Of a DNA stretch of 64,000 nt, positions 53,154-61,726 are shown in pieces. The stretch is from a phage. Position 1 is the first letter of the stretch, and each line of letters begins with the position of its first letter. A program made the translations under genes and the position numbers. Where the stretch lies: sequence record PZ445427.1; one strand, 5' to 3'. The notes below the pieces were generated by a model. That model did no database searches and was not told the origin of the DNA. It saw only the letters and a list, made by a program, of their open reading frames with translations.

Positions 53154-54149
53154 TTATTCTGTTTCGGTGTTTTGGGTAAAGGTAGAAATGTCAATACCTT
53201 TTACCATTTCATCGATCATTTCAGCAATATTGAAACTTTGTACCATTTCCAACATTGCCGCTTCCATTGCCGCGCCTGCTACCGCTTTAGCTTTCGCATT
53301 AGTCGGGGCGTACTGGTCAACCGCTACACTCAGCAGGTTAGCGATCACTACACGACCAATCGGCGTATCAATATACCCTTTAATCATAAACGGCGCTTTT
53401 TTCGCCGCTACTTTTGTGATTTGAGTCAGTGCAATTTTACCCGCTTCCAGTTTAGCAGCGTTAACAACGGCGGATTTATTAGCGGCAACGATAGAAGATA
53501 CTTTAGACATAATATTTCCTTTATTTTCAGTAGTTTGCGCATTTGCGCTTGAAGTTTGAGAGTTTACAGCCTGTTTTGTTACGTTGTCAAGCGGTAAAAG
53601 TGTAAATCCAGCGTTTGCAACGTTTGATTCATTCCCATACTCTAAATAATCGTTAGGGATCAACATGTTACCGCTAGCGCGTTCAAAACACAATACGCCA
53701 GTTGTTTCGATTGCGTCACTATCAGCACGTTTAATGGCGCTTGTCAATTCGCCCCAAATACTAGATAGTAAATCTTCTACATCGCTGGAATTAATACCAT
53801 TTACGCGAGTAGCGAAAACCATTTCCTTTTCTTGTACATTGTAACCACGGGCAATATAGCTTTTTTCGTCGTGACCTACAATGATAAAATCAATATCGCT
53901 TCCCCGCTGATTTCGCATGATGTGATAGTCACGGTTGTAAAGCACTAGAACGCGGGTAGGGTCTAGTAGTTGTGTGAAATCACTTAAACAATAATGAGTA
54001 TCATTATTATCTAAAATATCATCGTGAATCTTTTCAACCATTGCCGCCGTATGTTGTAGGCTTGCTGGACTTGATCCGTCTAGCAGGTTGCGCAAACTAC
54101 CCTTAATAATAGTGGCGTTTGCTGGTACTGCAATTCTTACAGTAGACAT
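53154..54149 (-). CDS. hypothetical protein (331 aa)
   Basis: GGGAGACAAAGA RBS; first gene of cassette. Confidence 0.6.
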   Translation of the reverse strand: MSTVRIAVPANATIIKGSLRNLLDGSSPASLQHTAAMVEKIHDDILDNNDTHYCLSDFTQLLDPTRVLVLYNRDYHIMRNQRGSDIDFIIVGHDEKSYIARGYNVQEKEMVFATRVNGINSSDVEDLLSSIWGELTSAIKRADSDAIETTGVLCFERASGNMLIPNDYLEYGNESNVANAGFTLLPLDNVTKQAVNSQTSSANAQTTENKGNIMSKVSSIVAANKSAVVNAAKLEAGKIALTQITKVAAKKAPFMIKGYIDTPIGRVVIANLLSVAVDQYAPTNAKAKAVAGAAMEAAMLEMVQSFNIAEMIDEMVKGIDISTFTQNTETE

Positions 54150-54396
54150 TTCTTTGTCTCCCTCGTTAATCGGTGAGTGAATGATATAGATAATTGTTCG
54201 CTAGGGGCAAGAAAAAAGAAAAGGTTTTTTATTTCTTGCTTACTGCCTGTTTTTATGATAACCGCGCGTTTTCTATTTCTAGCTCTCTGTAAGCGTACAC
54301 AAGGCTTTATTATAGTAAGGGGTAATGCTGAAAAACCGCTTAGAACGCGTTTTAGGCCGCTTAAATTTGATTGCGGTTGTTACTGCTACCATTCTA

Positions 54397-54416
54397 CCCT
54401 GTATATTTATACAGTA
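54397..54416. promoter_or_regulatory. LexA (SOS) box-like palindrome (core CTGTATATTTATACAG identical to 50509..50524)
   Basis: ccctgtatatttatacagtagg. Confidence 0.5.
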
Positions 54417-54436
54417 GGATAACCTGTACATAAGTC

Positions 54437-54445
54437 TGTGGATAA
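54437..54445 (-). promoter_or_regulatory. consensus DnaA box (TGTGGATAA)
   Basis: Exact reverse complement of TTATCCACA. Confidence 0.55.
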
Positions 54446-54485
54446 GTCGCCAAAACGTCGCCTATTACGTCAAGTTATTTTGTGC

Positions 54486-54494
54486 TGTGGATAA
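54486..54494 (-). promoter_or_regulatory. consensus DnaA box (TGTGGATAA)
   Basis: Exact reverse complement of TTATCCACA; 8/9 copy at 54770. Confidence 0.55.
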
Positions 54495-54823
54495 CTTTGT
54501 GAATAACCTAAATGATAGTGGTTCTCACTTAGCCGATAGTTTCTTATAGTTATTATTTCTCTTTAATTTATAAATATATTATATAATATGAAATAGTTAG
54601 TTGGCTAATAGGTTTTTAGAGTATTAATAGTCTGCTAACTGTTTCGGCTGTTACAATCCACCAGCGTGATTATCATCCTAGCGATTGTTAGTCTACTAAT
54701 GCTCTGATGCACGTCCAGACTTATTTGTCAATGAAAAATAACAGCAGAAAATACTTTTTTGAAAAATCAAGTGGATAACTCATTAAATTTCATTTTTGCT
54801 TTTTGTATAAGTTATTAACAGGG

Positions 54824-54854
54824 TCTAAAACGCTCTGTAACGCATTCTAAGCGC
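54824..54854 (+). repeat. 31-bp direct repeat copy 2
   Basis: tctaaaacgctctgtaacgcattctaagcgc. Confidence 0.6.
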
Positions 54855-54921
54855 CTCAAAGGAAAAGATAGGCAATCATAAGGGGTACACCGAGAAAACC
54901 TCACCACGAGGATTTTAGATT

Positions 54922-54949
54922 TTGTCAAGTAGGGCAAAGCAAATATAAA
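54922..54949 (+). promoter_or_regulatory. candidate sigma70 promoter TTGTCA-16-TATAAA
   Basis: ttgtca 54922..54927, tataaa 54944..54949. Confidence 0.35.
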
Positions 54950-55180
54950 TGAAAAAATTACTTGCTAAAATGGTTGTTTTGGTGTTATTCGCGCGCCTGT
55001 TTCATTAAATTTAGTGCGCCGCTGGACGTTTGCGGGTAGTGGTTTTCTTTACGTTTCTTTACAAAAATACGCTTGCGCCATTTTCGGGAATAACCTATTA
55101 TTTATCTCGTAGGACGGCAAGACGGAAACGAAAGGCCAGACTACAACGGCGGGGAAGTTTACCGCCATGCTCTTTAAAAA

Positions 55181-55206
55181 CTAGGGAACATCTTAAAGCC
55201 TATCGG
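55181..55206. repeat. 26-bp inverted repeat, left copy (partner 55468..55495)
   Basis: ctagggaacatcttaaagcctatcgg vs reverse complement of ccgataggttttaagatgttccccgtag; flanked by 12-bp direct repeat gctctttaaaaa at 55169 and 55501. Confidence 0.6.
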
Positions 55207-55240
55207 CGGTAAACTTATACATTATAAGGAATCGACGATA

Positions 55241-55459
55241 ATGATCAAATCAAAAAACGCTTTAGTGATTAGTGCAAAACCTGCTAGCCCACTGGATAGC
55301 AGAACAAAAAATTTGTTGACAGTAGCGCAACGATCTGTAAAATACAGATTCAAGCAATACAAGAAAGGCAAGCAACAAGGGCTGGAAATGGTGTGGCGTA
55401 ATATAATGATTGATTTATATAACTCACATCAAATCGAAAAAAGTTTAAAAAACGCTTGA
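55241..55459 (+). CDS. hypothetical basic protein (72 aa) bracketed by inverted repeats
   Basis: Track ORF; lies exactly between the 26-bp IR copies. Confidence 0.45.
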   Translation: MIKSKNALVISAKPASPLDSRTKNLLTVAQRSVKYRFKQYKKGKQQGLEMVWRNIMIDLYNSHQIEKSLKNA

Positions 55460-55484
55460 CACGCTAGCCGATAGGTTTTAAGAT
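55456..55484 (+). promoter_or_regulatory. candidate sigma70 promoter TTGACA-17-TAAGAT
   Basis: ttgaca 55456..55461 overlapping right IR copy. Confidence 0.4.
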
Positions 55485-55495
55485 GTTCCCCGTAG
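55468..55495. repeat. 26-bp inverted repeat, right copy
   Basis: See 55181..55206. Confidence 0.6.
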
Positions 55496-55623
55496 TAACT
55501 GCTCTTTAAAAATTTGGATAACGGTAATGTTTAGGCTAACTCCTAGCGGATTATAATCTAATAGCGTTTCAAAGTATCGAGGCGCTATTGTGGAATAATC
55601 CCCAATAAACCGGAGTATTAAAA

Positions 55624-55875
55624 ATGCAAAACGTTATTACCGCGCCGAAAGTAGGTCAATCTGTATTCATTCCTTTTGTAACTAAAACGGATGAATTAAC
55701 CGGAAAAGCCGAACGTATTAAAGGTGCGGCGCTTGATCCCTTTGATAAGATTGAAGCGGTCTATGCGGAAACGGAACGCAGTAACCACGGCAAGCCTATT
55801 TATAACGTCCGTGTTAAATCTGGCGACGTTGTAAAAATCATTCAGAAAGATGATAAATGGCAAGCTATCGCATAA
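55624..55875 (+). CDS. hypothetical protein (83 aa)
   Basis: GGAGTATTAAAAATG initiation region (motif shared by several genes in this block). Confidence 0.55.
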   Translation: MQNVITAPKVGQSVFIPFVTKTDELTGKAERIKGAALDPFDKIEAVYAETERSNHGKPIYNVRVKSGDVVKIIQKDDKWQAIA

Positions 55876-56161
55876 ATTAATGCGCCTTACATATCATGCT
55901 TAGTTAGGCAATAAAGATAACTCGAAATATTCCTAGCGTGAACGGAATAATAAACAGCGTATAAATACAATGTTGCCTTATTAATTCTCTGGCAAGCCGG
56001 ATAAGGTGAGAATATAAATATATTCGGGAATTAATAAACCGCTTGAAACTGGAAATAAAAATAAAATGTTTCCGTTATATATTCTAGCTAATAGAATATA
56101 TAGCGATTAACATTTAGTTAATCATAATCCCTTAATTAATAATTGAATGGAGTATTAAATT

Positions 56162-56578
56162 ATGTCTAACGTTAAAACCGAAAAAACCGCAAAATTCTCT
56201 TGGAACGAAGAAAACACCGAAAAGGCTGTTTCTATGTATTCTGAAATGGTCGCTAAAAGCGGAATTGAATTTGCTAACAGTGACGGCCTGAAAGAAATTG
56301 CCGCCGCCGTTGGCGCTGCAAGCCCTGTTTCTGTACGTTCTAAACTGACAAGCGCAAAAGCGTACCAGAAAAGTGATAAACCGCGTAAAGTTGGCGGCGG
56401 GTCTAGTGTCCGTAAAGCTCACTATGTGCGCGTTATGGCTAAACATGCCATTGATGCTGGCGTTATCAAAGACGCTGATGATCTGGCAAGTCTGGAAAGT
56501 GCAAAACTGGAAACGCTGGAAGCCGTAGCGCAATTGTTAGGCGTAGCGGAGGAAGTAAAACAGGCCGCAGGTGAATAA
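56162..56578 (+). CDS. hypothetical protein (138 aa), possible A2-like pre-early DNA-binding protein
   Basis: GGAGTATTAAATTATG; position immediately upstream of the A1-like gene; identity is positional inference only. Confidence 0.35.
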   Translation: MSNVKTEKTAKFSWNEENTEKAVSMYSEMVAKSGIEFANSDGLKEIAAAVGAASPVSVRSKLTSAKAYQKSDKPRKVGGGSSVRKAHYVRVMAKHAIDAGVIKDADDLASLESAKLETLEAVAQLLGVAEEVKQAAGE

Positions 56579-56587
56579 ATTTTAATT

Positions 56588-56612
56588 AGCGGGGATTATT
56601 CCCCGCTATAAT
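56588..56612 (+). terminator. hairpin, probable terminator
   Basis: agcgggga-ttatt-ccccgct then ATAATTT. Confidence 0.45.
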
Positions 56613-56636
56613 TTCCCTTTGACCGGAGTTATTAAA

Positions 56637-56864
56637 ATGATCTTCTTCCCTAGTGAAGCGTTTATTTTAGGTTTATTTATAGTTGCCGCTATATTTATAT
56701 TTAATTACGGCAAATATATAATCTCTATTATCGGCATTAATTCAGCTTATGCCGCTGATATGTTTAAACGTCAAGCTAATAAACAAAAATATCTAGCGAT
56801 TATATTTTTAACGCTGGCTATTAGTTGCGGTTTTAGTTCTAGTCTTATGCCAATTCTAGAATAA
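56637..56864 (+). CDS. small membrane protein (75 aa)
   Basis: ATG 56637 after GGAGTTATTAAA; two TM segments; track start 56619 is upstream. Confidence 0.5.
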   Translation: MIFFPSEAFILGLFIVAAIFIFNYGKYIISIIGINSAYAADMFKRQANKQKYLAIIFLTLAISCGFSSSLMPILE

Positions 56865-56972
56865 TATTGCAAATTATAACGCCTTTTAAATTGTCCTCAC
56901 TTCAGGCAAGGCGTTATATTTGGCAATATTGCCAGTATTAATATTTATCCCTTTATAGGAGTTGATTTAGTT

Positions 56973-58637
56973 ATGAATATTTCCGCAGAAAAACAAGCTC
57001 AAATTCTGAAAATGGCCGCAGATTTTAACTTCTACGGTAAGCGTTTACGCGCTACTAAATTGGAAGTTTGCGACGATATTTCAAAAGCTGTTTATGATAC
57101 GCCGAAACATTCGACCGCAATTTGTGACTGGTTGGAAGCAAATAAGCCAGCGAAACCGAAAGCGGCAAAAGCTGAAAAGGCGATTAAAAATGATGATCGC
57201 CCCGAAGCGGCGGGGATTGTTTCTAGTACCGTCGAACAATGGGAAGTTAAATCCGGTCGCCGTTTTATTCTAACGTCGATTCAAAATAATACTTTCCCGC
57301 ATAAAAACTTTTTAGCAAGTCTGGAAAAATTCGCTGAATATTGCGGCGCTGAATTGCTGGTTAGTAAATTCATTTATAATAAAAATGGATTCCAGAATGG
57401 GGAAGGTAGCGACGGCATCAAATACGATCCCGCATTTAATAAATATATTTGCGAGAAAAACGTATTTTTAAATAATCGCCGCTTTGCTTTCATGGCTGAA
57501 ATTAACGTTTTACCAACGGCAGATTATCCGCTTTCAGGATTCGCAGAAACCGCCACGGCTTTAAATATTGAAGGGCTGGCAATCGGTCACGCTAAAATCA
57601 CCGCTGAAAGTGTACCAGCGTTAAAAGGTGAAGTAGTGCGCCGTATGTATTCAACCGGAACGGCGACACTAAAAAACTATATCCAGCAAAAGGCGGGACA
57701 AAAAGCCGAGGCTTTACATAATTTCGGCGCTTTGCTGGTAGAGTTTGACGACGACGGAGAATTTTATTGCCGCCAGCTTGAAACAATGGACGAAAGCGGA
57801 ATGTTCTACGATTTGAACGTGTGCGCTATCGCTACCGGATGTTATGAAACATCGGGCCATGTTCTAGGCTTGCAATATGGCGATATTCACGCCGAAAAAT
57901 TAGATGATGAATGCGCCGTTGCTTCATGGGCTAGTGAAAACAGCTTGCTTGATATTCTCAAGCCTAAATATCAATTTATTCATGATGTGCATGATTTTAC
58001 ATCGCGTAACCATCACAACCGCGCTAGTGGTGTATTCCTTGCTAAACAGTACGCCGCCGGACGTGATAAAGTTATTGATGATCTTATCGATACTGGACGC
58101 GTTTTAGAGTCTATGGAGCGTGATTTCTCTCAAACAATCATTGTGGAATCCAACCATGATTTAGCTCTTTCACGCTGGCTAGATGATCGTAACGCAAACA
58201 TTAAAGACGATCCCGCAAACGCGGAATTGTATCACCGTCTAAACGCTGCGATTTACGCCGCTATTGCTGAAAAGGATGATACCTTTAACGTTCTAGATTA
58301 CGCCTTGCGTAGTGTCGCAGGTTGCGAATTTAACGCTATTTTCCTGACGACAGACCAATCATTTAAAATCGCTGGCATTGAATGCGGCGTACACGGTCAC
58401 AATGGCATTAACGGCAGTCGGGGCAATCCTAAGCAGTTTAAAAAGTTGGGACGCCTTAACACTGGTCATACTCATACGGCTAGCATTTACGGCGGCGTTT
58501 ATACCGCTGGCGTGGCGGGGTCGCTTGATATGGGCTACAACGTGGGCGCGTCAAGCTGGACGCAAACGCATTTAATTACCTATGCAAACGGGCAACGTAC
58601 TTTGATTGATTTCAAAAACGGTAAATTCTTTGCATAA
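56973..58637 (+). CDS. A1: calcineurin-like metallophosphoesterase nuclease, T5 A1-like pre-early protein
   Basis: 554 aa; full set of metallophosphoesterase motifs (GDIH, IHDVHD, ESNHD, GVHGHNG, TGHTHT); TAGGAG RBS; assignment to T5 A1 rests on size, motif set and gene context. Confidence 0.5.
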   Translation: MNISAEKQAQILKMAADFNFYGKRLRATKLEVCDDISKAVYDTPKHSTAICDWLEANKPAKPKAAKAEKAIKNDDRPEAAGIVSSTVEQWEVKSGRRFILTSIQNNTFPHKNFLASLEKFAEYCGAELLVSKFIYNKNGFQNGEGSDGIKYDPAFNKYICEKNVFLNNRRFAFMAEINVLPTADYPLSGFAETATALNIEGLAIGHAKITAESVPALKGEVVRRMYSTGTATLKNYIQQKAGQKAEALHNFGALLVEFDDDGEFYCRQLETMDESGMFYDLNVCAIATGCYETSGHVLGLQYGDIHAEKLDDECAVASWASENSLLDILKPKYQFIHDVHDFTSRNHHNRASGVFLAKQYAAGRDKVIDDLIDTGRVLESMERDFSQTIIVESNHDLALSRWLDDRNANIKDDPANAELYHRLNAAIYAAIAEKDDTFNVLDYALRSVAGCEFNAIFLTTDQSFKIAGIECGVHGHNGINGSRGNPKQFKKLGRLNTGHTHTASIYGGVYTAGVAGSLDMGYNVGASSWTQTHLITYANGQRTLIDFKNGKFFA

Positions 58638-58689
58638 TTAAATTTAATCGGCGGTTGAAATATACCGCCATTAATAAAAGGTTTATTAA

Positions 58690-58968
58690 ATGGCTAGTAA
58701 AATTAATATATCTATCCCTGATAGCAATTGTTTAGAAGATATTGCATGGTCTGAAATGTCTTTTGATAGTTGCGTTTATTTAGTTACCCGTGGAATGTAC
58801 GCGGGAATGTATGCCGTATGGGATAGTAATATTGGCGAAAATATGATCTTTTTCGGAAAAGATTCTATTCAGGTAATGACAGGCGATTACCTTAATCAAG
58901 AAAGGAAAGACGGCGACGAAACATATTTTCGTAAAACTGATTTATCTTTAAATGTATTTTTTCAATAA
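58690..58968 (+). CDS. hypothetical protein (92 aa)
   Basis: Track ORF. Confidence 0.5.
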   Translation: MASKINISIPDSNCLEDIAWSEMSFDSCVYLVTRGMYAGMYAVWDSNIGENMIFFGKDSIQVMTGDYLNQERKDGDETYFRKTDLSLNVFFQ

Positions 58969-59000
58969 ATCCCGTAATTAAATAATCTGGAGTCATAAAC

Positions 59001-59393
59001 ATGAAACAACAAAATATTCCTTTTGACCGCGCTACTTCTTCCATCGTTCTAGTTTATTCTAACGGCGAACGTTATCACGTTGAAGCGGGGCAAGTTAATT
59101 TCGATTTGCTAAATTATAATGACGCTTTGCAGGTTACTACCTTTGCTTATGATACCGGCAAAGTGGCAAGCCATACGAAAGCAAAAGGCGTTTACGCTGA
59201 TACTTTGACAGTGCAAACAATCATTATTGATGCGCTTAAATCCGGTCTAGCGTTTGCAGTTGTTAAGCCGTGTCCGGTCTGCAATCCCGAAGCTAGCGCA
59301 ATGGTTTATACTTGCGCGGGGATTCGTTCTAGCGTACATGGTGAAGATCTTAGTTTTATTGGTGACGCGCTAGCGTATGGCCTCACTAACTAA
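59001..59393 (+). CDS. hypothetical protein (130 aa)
   Basis: CTGGAG RBS. Confidence 0.5.
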   Translation: MKQQNIPFDRATSSIVLVYSNGERYHVEAGQVNFDLLNYNDALQVTTFAYDTGKVASHTKAKGVYADTLTVQTIIIDALKSGLAFAVVKPCPVCNPEASAMVYTCAGIRSSVHGEDLSFIGDALAYGLTN

Positions 59394-59480
59394 TAGTTAA
59401 TTGAACATTGCCAGCTAATCTAATATAATTAGCTGGCAAGATTGAATTAACCTAAATCCCTTAAATGGAGAATGTAACAA

Positions 59481-60215
59481 ATGAATCAAGTCAACATGAA
59501 TATTACCCGCACTTTCCCGCATATTTCCCGCGTTATGATTTGGGATTTAGACGGAACGATTATAAATTCTTTCCATCGTGTAGCGCCTTGCTTTGATGAT
59601 AACGGGAATTTAGATTTAAATAAGTATTCTCGCGAAGCCTGCAAACATGATTTAATTATGCAAGATTCTTTATTGCCGTTGGTTGAATATATGCGCCAAT
59701 GTATGAATGATGCAAATACATTAAATATAATTTGTACCGCGCGCTTAATGTCTAAAAGCGATTATTTTTATTTACGCAAACAAGGCTTGCGAGGGCGCGG
59801 AAATAGTAATATTCGCGTATTTTCCCGCGATACATTACATAAATACTTTGATGCAAATAAGGTTAGCGAAATATATCACAGTAAAGACGCTGTATATAAA
59901 TCTTATTACTTTGAACTGTTTAAACAGCTATATCCTAACGCTGATTTTACAATGATTGATGATCATAAAGGTGTATTATCGGCGGCGGCAAGTGCTGGAT
60001 TTAAAACGCTGGACGCTCAAGCCGTTAATGATATCCTATCAATCGGCGTAACATTGATCGGTGAAACCTTTATTGATGAATCGCTTGATGATGATAACGA
60101 TTATCAATTCCTAGCCGAACGTTTAAAAATGTGTTGGGAAGGTATGACCGAGGAAGAACGCGCGGAATATAGTACCACTCCGCAACAATTCATTGATAAA
60201 TTAAAAGTTGCCTAA
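59481..60215 (+). CDS. dmp: HAD-superfamily 5'-deoxyribonucleotidase (T5 Dmp-like)
   Basis: 244 aa; HAD motif I IWDLDGTIINS; TGGAGA RBS; last gene of the pre-early-like block. Confidence 0.55.
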   Translation: MNQVNMNITRTFPHISRVMIWDLDGTIINSFHRVAPCFDDNGNLDLNKYSREACKHDLIMQDSLLPLVEYMRQCMNDANTLNIICTARLMSKSDYFYLRKQGLRGRGNSNIRVFSRDTLHKYFDANKVSEIYHSKDAVYKSYYFELFKQLYPNADFTMIDDHKGVLSAAASAGFKTLDAQAVNDILSIGVTLIGETFIDESLDDDNDYQFLAERLKMCWEGMTEEERAEYSTTPQQFIDKLKVA

Positions 60216-60227
60216 CAATTAAAAATA

Positions 60228-60264
60228 AAATAGTCACACTGTGTAATGATAACATGGTGTGACT
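60228..60264 (+). terminator. 10-bp perfect hairpin after dmp-like gene
   Basis: atagtcacac ... gtgtgactat; no clear U-tract. Confidence 0.35.
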
Positions 60265-60378
60265 ATTAGCTTGCTAAGTACCGGGGCGGTAATGAGACTC
60301 ATTCTCATCTAGGGAACCTCTGGGCACACCTTCATGTGTAATCTTATGAGATTTCGAGAATTGGTAATTAGCGCTAAC

Positions 60379-60624
60379 TTAGGAGGAACACCGGTCTACC
60401 GGCTTGTCTCCTGATTCTGACATACGAAATCTCCTCCGCGATGCCCGAGATCCATCCGACCACTCTCGCTCAAACTCCTCCCGTTTCTCCGCAAACTTCC
60501 GCTCCCTTTCCGAAAGCTCCCGCGATACTCCCGCAATATATTCACGATGCTTATTAATCGCCCCGAGTGTTCCGAAGATTCCCGCAAGCACCCTGATAAT
60601 AAAGATAGCTACAAAGCTAAACAT
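60379..60624 (-). CDS. small membrane-anchored charged protein (81 aa)
   Basis: Track ORF; N-terminal TM then ERERKFAEKREEFERE. Confidence 0.45.
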   Translation of the reverse strand: MFSFVAIFIIRVLAGIFGTLGAINKHREYIAGVSRELSERERKFAEKREEFEREWSDGSRASRRRFRMSESGDKPVDRCSS

Positions 60625-60811
60625 CTAATTCCCTCTCAAGTTGGTGAATACGTGCCCGATCATTACGTTGGGAGTCCAGTAACTTATCCATATTAATATT
60701 CAGTTGGGTGACTTTATCCTCTAGCCGCTGTATACGATTACGATGTGACGTCATATATCCAACAATCCAGACAAGCCATACTACAAGTGTAATAAGTCCT
60801 AGCCAATCCAT
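60617..60811 (-). CDS. small membrane protein with coiled-coil tail (64 aa)
   Basis: Track ORF; 8-nt overlap with downstream gene. Confidence 0.45.
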   Translation of the reverse strand: MDWLGLITLVVWLVWIVGYMTSHRNRIQRLEDKVTQLNINMDKLLDSQRNDRARIHQLERELDV

Positions 60812-60916
60812 TATTTGTCTCCCCGCAGCTTACGTTCTATACGAGCTAAGTGGTTATCTAGAATGCACTGTCCGATAATTACCACAACTAGTAAAGCAAT
60901 AATTACTACTTCCATT
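60812..60916 (-). CDS. small hydrophobic peptide (34 aa)
   Basis: ATG at 60916 on minus strand; MEVVIIALLVVVIIG...; below track cutoff. Confidence 0.25.
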
Positions 60917-60987
60917 ATAACCACCCCGCCATAGCTGCTAACCAAAAGAGTACAAAGATAAAGAATAACACAGTCCCGAATCCGAAA

Positions 60988-61302
60988 CTATTTATCCAAC
61001 TTTCGTACACTTCCCCGCGTCTGTTCTTTCTTCTGTTGTCGTCTGACATCTCTTTGCTTCTCCTGTAGTCCTGGTATTTGGAATATCCTAGCAATTGCAC
61101 GAACCATTATGACCGTCCCGATAAGATCCATTACTTCATCGAAGCCGGATTCTTCTAGTAAGAAGGATGTTCCCATCACATCTTCCATTGTATCTTCTAT
61201 GACGTCTTGAATGATTTCGTTAATTGCATCATGTATTGCTTTAGTCCTGGGATCTATTTCAAAGTTAACAGGTTCCTGAAAGGCCTTTTCTTCATCTTGC
61301 AT
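60988..61302 (-). CDS. hypothetical acidic protein (104 aa)
   Basis: Track ORF; overlaps alternative ORF 60915..61100 in another frame. Confidence 0.4.
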   Translation of the reverse strand: MQDEEKAFQEPVNFEIDPRTKAIHDAINEIIQDVIEDTMEDVMGTSFLLEESGFDEVMDLIGTVIMVRAIARIFQIPGLQEKQRDVRRQQKKEQTRGSVRKLDK

Positions 61303-61376
61303 TGTGTTTGCTACCTGTACCTCATCCCAGAAATAAAAATTTTTGTTTACTTCGAGATCTTTTTACTTTATACTAA

Positions 61377-61643
61377 TTACAAGTGACCAGATTGTTCTAG
61401 TTTAAATTTGCAATCGCCATATTTGAGGTCAAACTGTGACAAATCCCACCACCCAAACTTAGTGCGTAACTGAGTTTTAGGGAATCGGTAGCCCACAGTA
61501 CGTGCTTCTCGAATATCTAAAGCATAGTGTTCTTCACCAACATGACCATAAGACTTCACGTATGCCTTACAGAATGGCTCGGGAGCTGGTACACAACCAG
61601 TCAACACTACTGCTGCAACTACGATAGCTAATAACTTTTTCAT
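61377..61643 (-). CDS. lipoprotein (88 aa), possibly Llp-like receptor-blocking lipoprotein
   Basis: Signal peptide with lipobox VVLTGC; divergently transcribed from adjacent receptor-binding-protein-like gene, as T5 llp is from oad. Confidence 0.45.
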   Translation of the reverse strand: MKKLLAIVVAAVVLTGCVPAPEPFCKAYVKSYGHVGEEHYALDIREARTVGYRFPKTQLRTKFGWWDLSQFDLKYGDCKFKLEQSGHL

Positions 61644-61726
61644 AATCGTTCCTCTGTTTAATTTATAAATATATTATAGCAAAATAGAGGGATCTAAGCA
61701 AATACATTTTTAAAGAAGGAGATTGT

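Larger units (their letters stand above)
54395..54520. repeat. right arm of ~120-bp imperfect inverted repeat
   Basis: See left arm 50405..50530. Confidence 0.7.

Noticed and set aside
50405-54520. Insertion sequence or transposon defined by the ~120-bp inverted repeats
   Set aside because: No transposase-like or integrase-like ORF lies between or near the repeats; kept as a finding about regulatory/origin-like structure rather than called a mobile element.
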